From NCBI GenBank assembly GCA_946965045.2, contig OX337238.1, positions 2,232,001 to 2,296,000 on the forward strand: DNA of 64,000 bases. The letters are read 5' to 3'. Below, one piece after another: positions 59,275-64,000 of the stretch (position 1 is its first letter; each line of letters starts with the position of its first letter). This stretch comes from Epithemia pelagica. Taxonomy: Eukaryota; Protista; Bacillariophyta. Below the pieces are notes generated by a model. The model saw only the letters and a list, made by a program, of their open reading frames with translations. It was not told the DNA's origin and ran no database searches. A program made the translations under genes and the position numbers.

Positions 59275-60140
59275 TGTGTTATTGATGTGATTGCTTTCTT
59301 CACCGCAAATGTCAGATAGAGCTCGATCGACAAGATCTGTTGTACAGCAGGGACAATGGCTAGAATCCTGACCAGCAAGAAGATGAACAACAAATGCCAA
59401 GATGAGAACTGATGCCATGCGTTCGCTTATGGGGCGGGGCACAGAAAATGTGAGGGTTGAGGGTGTCGGGTGACGTGTGCGCCCATCACGTGCGCGATCT
59501 TGGAGGGAGAATCTACCCTCACCATATCGAGCTACTCCTACATGTAGCAGAAAGCCGATCGGATATAATTCTGAATATATCCTATGCCCAGAGAGGAAAT
59601 GGATGTCGATTCATGGTGGAGAACGATAAGACCAGAAAGACATTGGAATAACCTCCTTTTAATCTCTGGACTGAGTTCAGTCTGACTGTCAATCCATCCT
59701 AGCCTTAAATACAGCGACAAAACTCATGACCCTATCTACCTAGACACTTTCAAGGCCATTAGGAAGAATGAGGGCAAGGTCCTCAAGATTGCGTTCGTGT
59801 AATGATCTAACCACCAATCTTGCAATACCACCATGTCCAACCTCCACATGCGTCTCTCAAAGATTCAATGAAGCATTTTTTCATCAACTTGACACATCCG
59901 GATGGGATGTCATTTTTCGTTCAAGATTCAGACAAATATCGATCGAGCTCTCTCAGGCTACCAAGAAAAGGCGTTGTTATCCAGCAAAAGTTGGACCTCA
60001 GCGGCTGTTGTGACGGCATCGGAATCGTAAAAAAAGTTCGCGAAAGACTGTTGGACGTTGTCACTGACTTTCAAAGATCGAATGGACCATCGTTTTCATA
60101 TTCGTTGCGCTTTCACAGGCCTATCAGAATGTTTTCCAGT

Positions 60141-60587
60141 TCAAGTGATTGCTTTATCCTCGAAACCTGGAATCACACGATTTTCTCGGGATCTTACATA
60201 TGTGCGGTAATTGTCTTGATCTGGATATTGCTGTGCGGAATTGACAACCGAACGATGGATTGACGCTTTGGCCATTAACGGAATGGCAACGCCATCGTGA
60301 CCGACTCCTGCGTGCTTCAAAGTGAAAACAAAATGAAATTCATAAATCAACCAGATGAGCATGATCAAGAGCGCTATCCCCATCCGTAAGAACCAATGCC
60401 CATAGACCTTTCTCCAATTTTTCGCATGCGCCAATATGTCGCTGAGATCATCGAAGTCCGCATCCTTCTTCTTTCGCCGCCCTTTCGTTGGTTTGCGGCT
60501 TCGAAAGATATCAAATAACTCATGTACTTTCATCATTGTCCCAGTCTCATTCTCATGACAACTACCAAGGACAAAAGAGCAGGTCAA
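60141..60587 (-). CDS. Hypothetical single-TM ORF, possibly part of a degraded gene
   Basis: 148-aa ORF with a basic stretch and a hydrophobic helix (MGIALLIMLIWLIYEFHFVF). No recognisable motif, and no convincing splicing to neighbouring ORFs. Confidence 0.3.
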   Translation of the reverse strand: MTCSFVLGSCHENETGTMMKVHELFDIFRSRKPTKGRRKKKDADFDDLSDILAHAKNWRKVYGHWFLRMGIALLIMLIWLIYEFHFVFTLKHAGVGHDGVAIPLMAKASIHRSVVNSAQQYPDQDNYRTYVRSRENRVIPGFEDKAIT

Positions 60588-62323
60588 AGAACAAACTTGT
60601 CACCCTCTTCCGAATCCGAACGATCTTGGTCTGTTAGCTTCTCGGGGTGACCGTGATGCTTTTGGTTCCGAAGATTCGAGAGATTTGAGGAACAAGGAAC
60701 AAGACAACTCGACGAGAATTCGCATGGATGCAGACAGATGTTAAAAGTTCAAAACTATGAAAGATGCACAATGACACTATACTCCGAAATTGAAAGTGCA
60801 CAGAGCAAATCTCAGCGAGAGTTGAGCGAGTATCTGTCTTGTGTCTTGCGTCATGCGCTCGTGTCTCGTGCATCAACGAAGAAGGAGATCATAGACTATA
60901 TGCGATCTTTGCCCTTGTTCTTTTTGGGCCGAAGGATCGCGCGCGTCATCCGATGGGTATGATGCTTCGAAAGTGTATTGTATTCTTTGACACACTCTTC
61001 CCTTTTCTTTGCTGGCAGTTCGTGGTTCGTGGACCTTCGTGTTCGTGGACCGCGCATCTTTTAGACCCAATCGTTCGTTGATAAGAGCGACATGGATGGC
61101 AGACAGATTACAGACAACTCATGCTCGAGCAGAAGGCGGAAGTCAACCATTCGAGACTCTTCAGATCCAATCGTTGAATTTCAATGCAATAATAAGCTGG
61201 ACATCTAGCAGAATTAGAATCCTTTCTCCGTTTCTTTTCCATTCTAATCTATCTATCGTAGTTTTGAAAATATAATCTACTTAGAGGGATCAGTGTCGGT
61301 TGTCGGTTTTCTAACCATCACTCGTATTGTTATGGAAGTTCTTATCAGAAATCATTTCATGCTTAGAGACTAAGTCACATGACAATAGAATATTAGATGA
61401 TCATTTGATCTGATTAGATGACAGGAAAGACGTTGGTTTCGATTCCCATGACATGGTACTCTTGGCCATACAGTGAACAGTGAGTCCATTCCGTGTCATG
61501 GGACTTTCTGTTGAACGATTCGAATCATTGTCTCATTCATCGAGGGCTTGCGTGTTGTTCGATTTTTTCGGACCAAACGCACGTTACACGTTACGCTTCG
61601 GAACCAGTTTCCATCGGCGAATCAACTCCCTCCAAAAAACTCATATCGGACACGGCATTGACTCTTCTCTTCGCTCTCTCGGCTTTTGGCTTCATGTGTG
61701 CGTTGTGCGGCGGCGATTTGCGAAACCCAGCCAACCGCAGCACTCGCCACCACAACCACACACCTGGGCGCACACACCAACCTCTCCCTTCGCTTTGCTC
61801 TTGTTGTGTCGCACTTAGGACATCAAAGAATCGAAGAAGTCTTGATCAACACGTTTTCTCTCGCTACAACTCGGTGCACATGTCAGATGTGCGCTCCCTT
61901 TCTCTTCTCTTTCTCACGTACGACTGTGTGGCACCAGTATGTAAATAATAGATATGAAACCTGACAGGACGAGTTCTACATACACGCAACACATGCCCCA
62001 CTACTACACAACGAGCCAACAGACAAGAACCTGTGTCATGATTCAAGTGTTTTGAGATGGGTGTGCGATGCGCAGCTTCCCCCTGCTTGCTTGCTCGTCC
62101 AAACATACCCAACAGCACACTCTTATCTACCAGAACGTAGATCGCCATCTGGGTCAGTTTTATACGGGTTCATGTTGTGTGCAGTCGTACCACATCACAT
62201 GGAGAGTGTTCGTAACACAACCACACACAACGAAGAAACCACAAGACAACCAACGAAACAACTCTCGACGATTCGAACCAACTCCTCTCTGCTTTCCATT
62301 TGCCATTGGAAAGCCTCATTAGT

Positions 62324-63079
62324 ATGACAGCAACCGTAGCACATCCGAAAAGCATCCTAGTTACTTCACGATGTTCGTCTCGCTACAGCGATGACCGCTC
62401 GTCTCCGATCAAGGCTTCCAGCGGTTCGAATTCGTGCAACATTACAATGACCATGGCCGGTCCATCTCCAGTACTCCTTACGGGGAAACTAAAGAACCTG
62501 CGGAACTACTATGCACGAAGGCGTCCAACGCTCAAACCTCCCACTCCGGTGTTGATTGTCTCTTCACCGGAGTCCACTCGAGTTCGGTTCCGTCCTCGTG
62601 TCTTTATCCGTGAAATTCCCAATCGCAAGGACTACAGCAAAGCGGACAAGCGAGCCATATGGATGCCTCGTCAAGAACTCAAGAAGTTGATCCTCAAGAA
62701 CCACACTGAGTTTTCCTTTGAAGGTCGAGACTGGCGGAATGCACCCGAAGAAGACCAATTTGGAACCGATGAGGACGGACAATTGCTTCATCCGGTACAT
62801 TTGGCATTGAAGAAGAAGAAGCGGGCTCCACAACCACAGCAAGTGTCTGCGGCGTCGACTCCTTGTTCCTCATCAACAGCTGTGATTCCCTCACTGGCTC
62901 CCAGGAAACGGAAAAGCAACGCTGTTGCCGGCAAAAACCGACGTTGCCTACGAAGACTTCCTCTGAGTTATCAAAACACCAATGCTGCGGTGATTGAGGA
63001 TGATGAAGAAACAAGTGACGAGGAAGAAGAGGAACTAGTTCCGGAACTGAAACGAGCGCGCATTCAACCCGCCTGCTAG
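62324..63079 (+). CDS. Diatom-type hypothetical protein with conserved VRF...W...EF..EG.DW...HPVH domain
   Basis: RVRFRPRVFIREIPNRKDYS...IW...NHTEFSFEGRDWRNAPEEDQF...LLHPVH, plus basic and acidic low-complexity tails. Confidence 0.75.
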   Translation: MTATVAHPKSILVTSRCSSRYSDDRSSPIKASSGSNSCNITMTMAGPSPVLLTGKLKNLRNYYARRRPTLKPPTPVLIVSSPESTRVRFRPRVFIREIPNRKDYSKADKRAIWMPRQELKKLILKNHTEFSFEGRDWRNAPEEDQFGTDEDGQLLHPVHLALKKKKRAPQPQQVSAASTPCSSSTAVIPSLAPRKRKSNAVAGKNRRCLRRLPLSYQNTNAAVIEDDEETSDEEEEELVPELKRARIQPAC

Positions 63080-63576
63080 TAAGGCGGAGGCCATGATGCT
63101 GCCTATGCTGTTTAGCATATGCCCCTATCCAACATGTTGTGCGGTAGCTGTTCTTTTGCGACTTTCATTGTGTTGACAGGATGATGTTGTAACCACTAGT
63201 TTTGTACATTTTTCCAACTTTTTCAATTCCATTCCAACCTAAAACTGGAACAGTGTCATTGCATATCTCTACTGGCGGAGCTCTCAAGATGAAAACCGTG
63301 CGATATTGTTGCTAATAACAGTGCCGTTAAGAAACAGTCCATGGCTTGGTGACTCCGCAGTTGCAGCAACATTTACCGCTGCCATGAACTCTCGGACGAG
63401 GTATTCCTCTTTTGATCCACCAGAAACTCATCCATCGCTAGATGTCGTCAACAAGGAGAGAGAGAGCCTCTGTTGACTGTCCATCCTACAGGAACGCCTT
63501 TGGCAGCACTGTCACAAGTGGAAAATGGGACGGAAGATCGTCGTTTCTCAAAACCCTGTCATGATTCTCTGTCCCC

Positions 63577-63944
63577 TTATACGGGCATTCCATAGGAATC
63601 CCTTGTGGCGACGGATCCCACTACAGATCCTGTTCCACCCGAGTCTCGCATTTGCTCTCTCAACAATCGTTGGGGAGTCGAGTAGCCCATCACGACATCG
63701 TAGTCATGGAAAATGGGGTCCAGAGGAAGGGGCCATTGCCACAAGGGTCCAATCCCAAAGACATGTGACAGGGGAATCGGCTCTTCATCGGAATCATTCA
63801 AGGTACCATTGGCCTTTTTCTTGAGTCGATCGATCGTGCCGACGCCGGTAATGATTCCATAGACGACATTCATGAGCATGGAGCTGGTAAACAAAAAGCA
63901 GGCCACACCCAGTATACTCATGAGTCGAACCAGTTGCAACAAGA
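63577..63944 (-). CDS. Last exon of a DHHC palmitoyltransferase-like gene (upstream exons lie beyond the window)
   Basis: Final TM helix, TGVGTID (TTxE-like) and VFGIGPLWQWPLP (PaCCT-like). Acceptor TAG at 63947-63945. The DHHC motif itself is not in the window. Confidence 0.55.
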
Positions 63945-64000
63945 CTATTTGAAATACACAAGATTCGTCGGCACAAAAAAAGTAGTTCCAGCCCAACAAA

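Noticed and set aside
59770-61080. Possible decayed gene extending the 60141-60587 ORF
   Set aside because: Stop-codon density in the extended frame is about that of random sequence and no family motif is recognisable.

Overview
Eukaryotic, gene-dense, intron-poor DNA of a diatom, most likely pennate (short GT-AG introns, bipartite plastid presequences, diatom-type hypothetical families). Housekeeping genes: 5' part of plastid acetyl-CoA carboxylase, RBX1, a VAMP7-like R-SNARE, homoserine dehydrogenase, a sulfotransferase, a GT11-like glycosyltransferase, APE1/slr0575, a Trm10-like and a PhnP-like gene, BRO1, CRAL-TRIO, a UBC4/5 E2, a Ser/Thr kinase, GDP-L-fucose synthase, APT and the end of a DHHC-like gene. 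Interspersed are intronless accessory genes: two P-loop NTPase + PD-(D/E)xK nuclease genes and one nuclease + kinase gene (Crinkler-type architectures, two of them disrupted), plus a stand-alone retropepsin-like protease. Most notable observations: (1) a 3-nt micro-exon (AGG) appears necessary to encode the conserved Glu of the ACC biotin-carboxylase QVEHPVTE motif; (2) RBX1 gained a chimeric exon and an intron by internal tandem duplication; (3) a head-to-head VAMP/VHL-PUB segment is tandemly duplicated, and the second copy carries a ~2.85-kb insert with a decayed DUF1214-like gene, a Crinkler-type NTPase-nuclease and a telomere-like junction; (4) a clean 305-bp hAT-type MITE. All family assignments come from motif recognition by eye; no database search was run. 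No tRNA, rRNA or CRISPR array was recognised.
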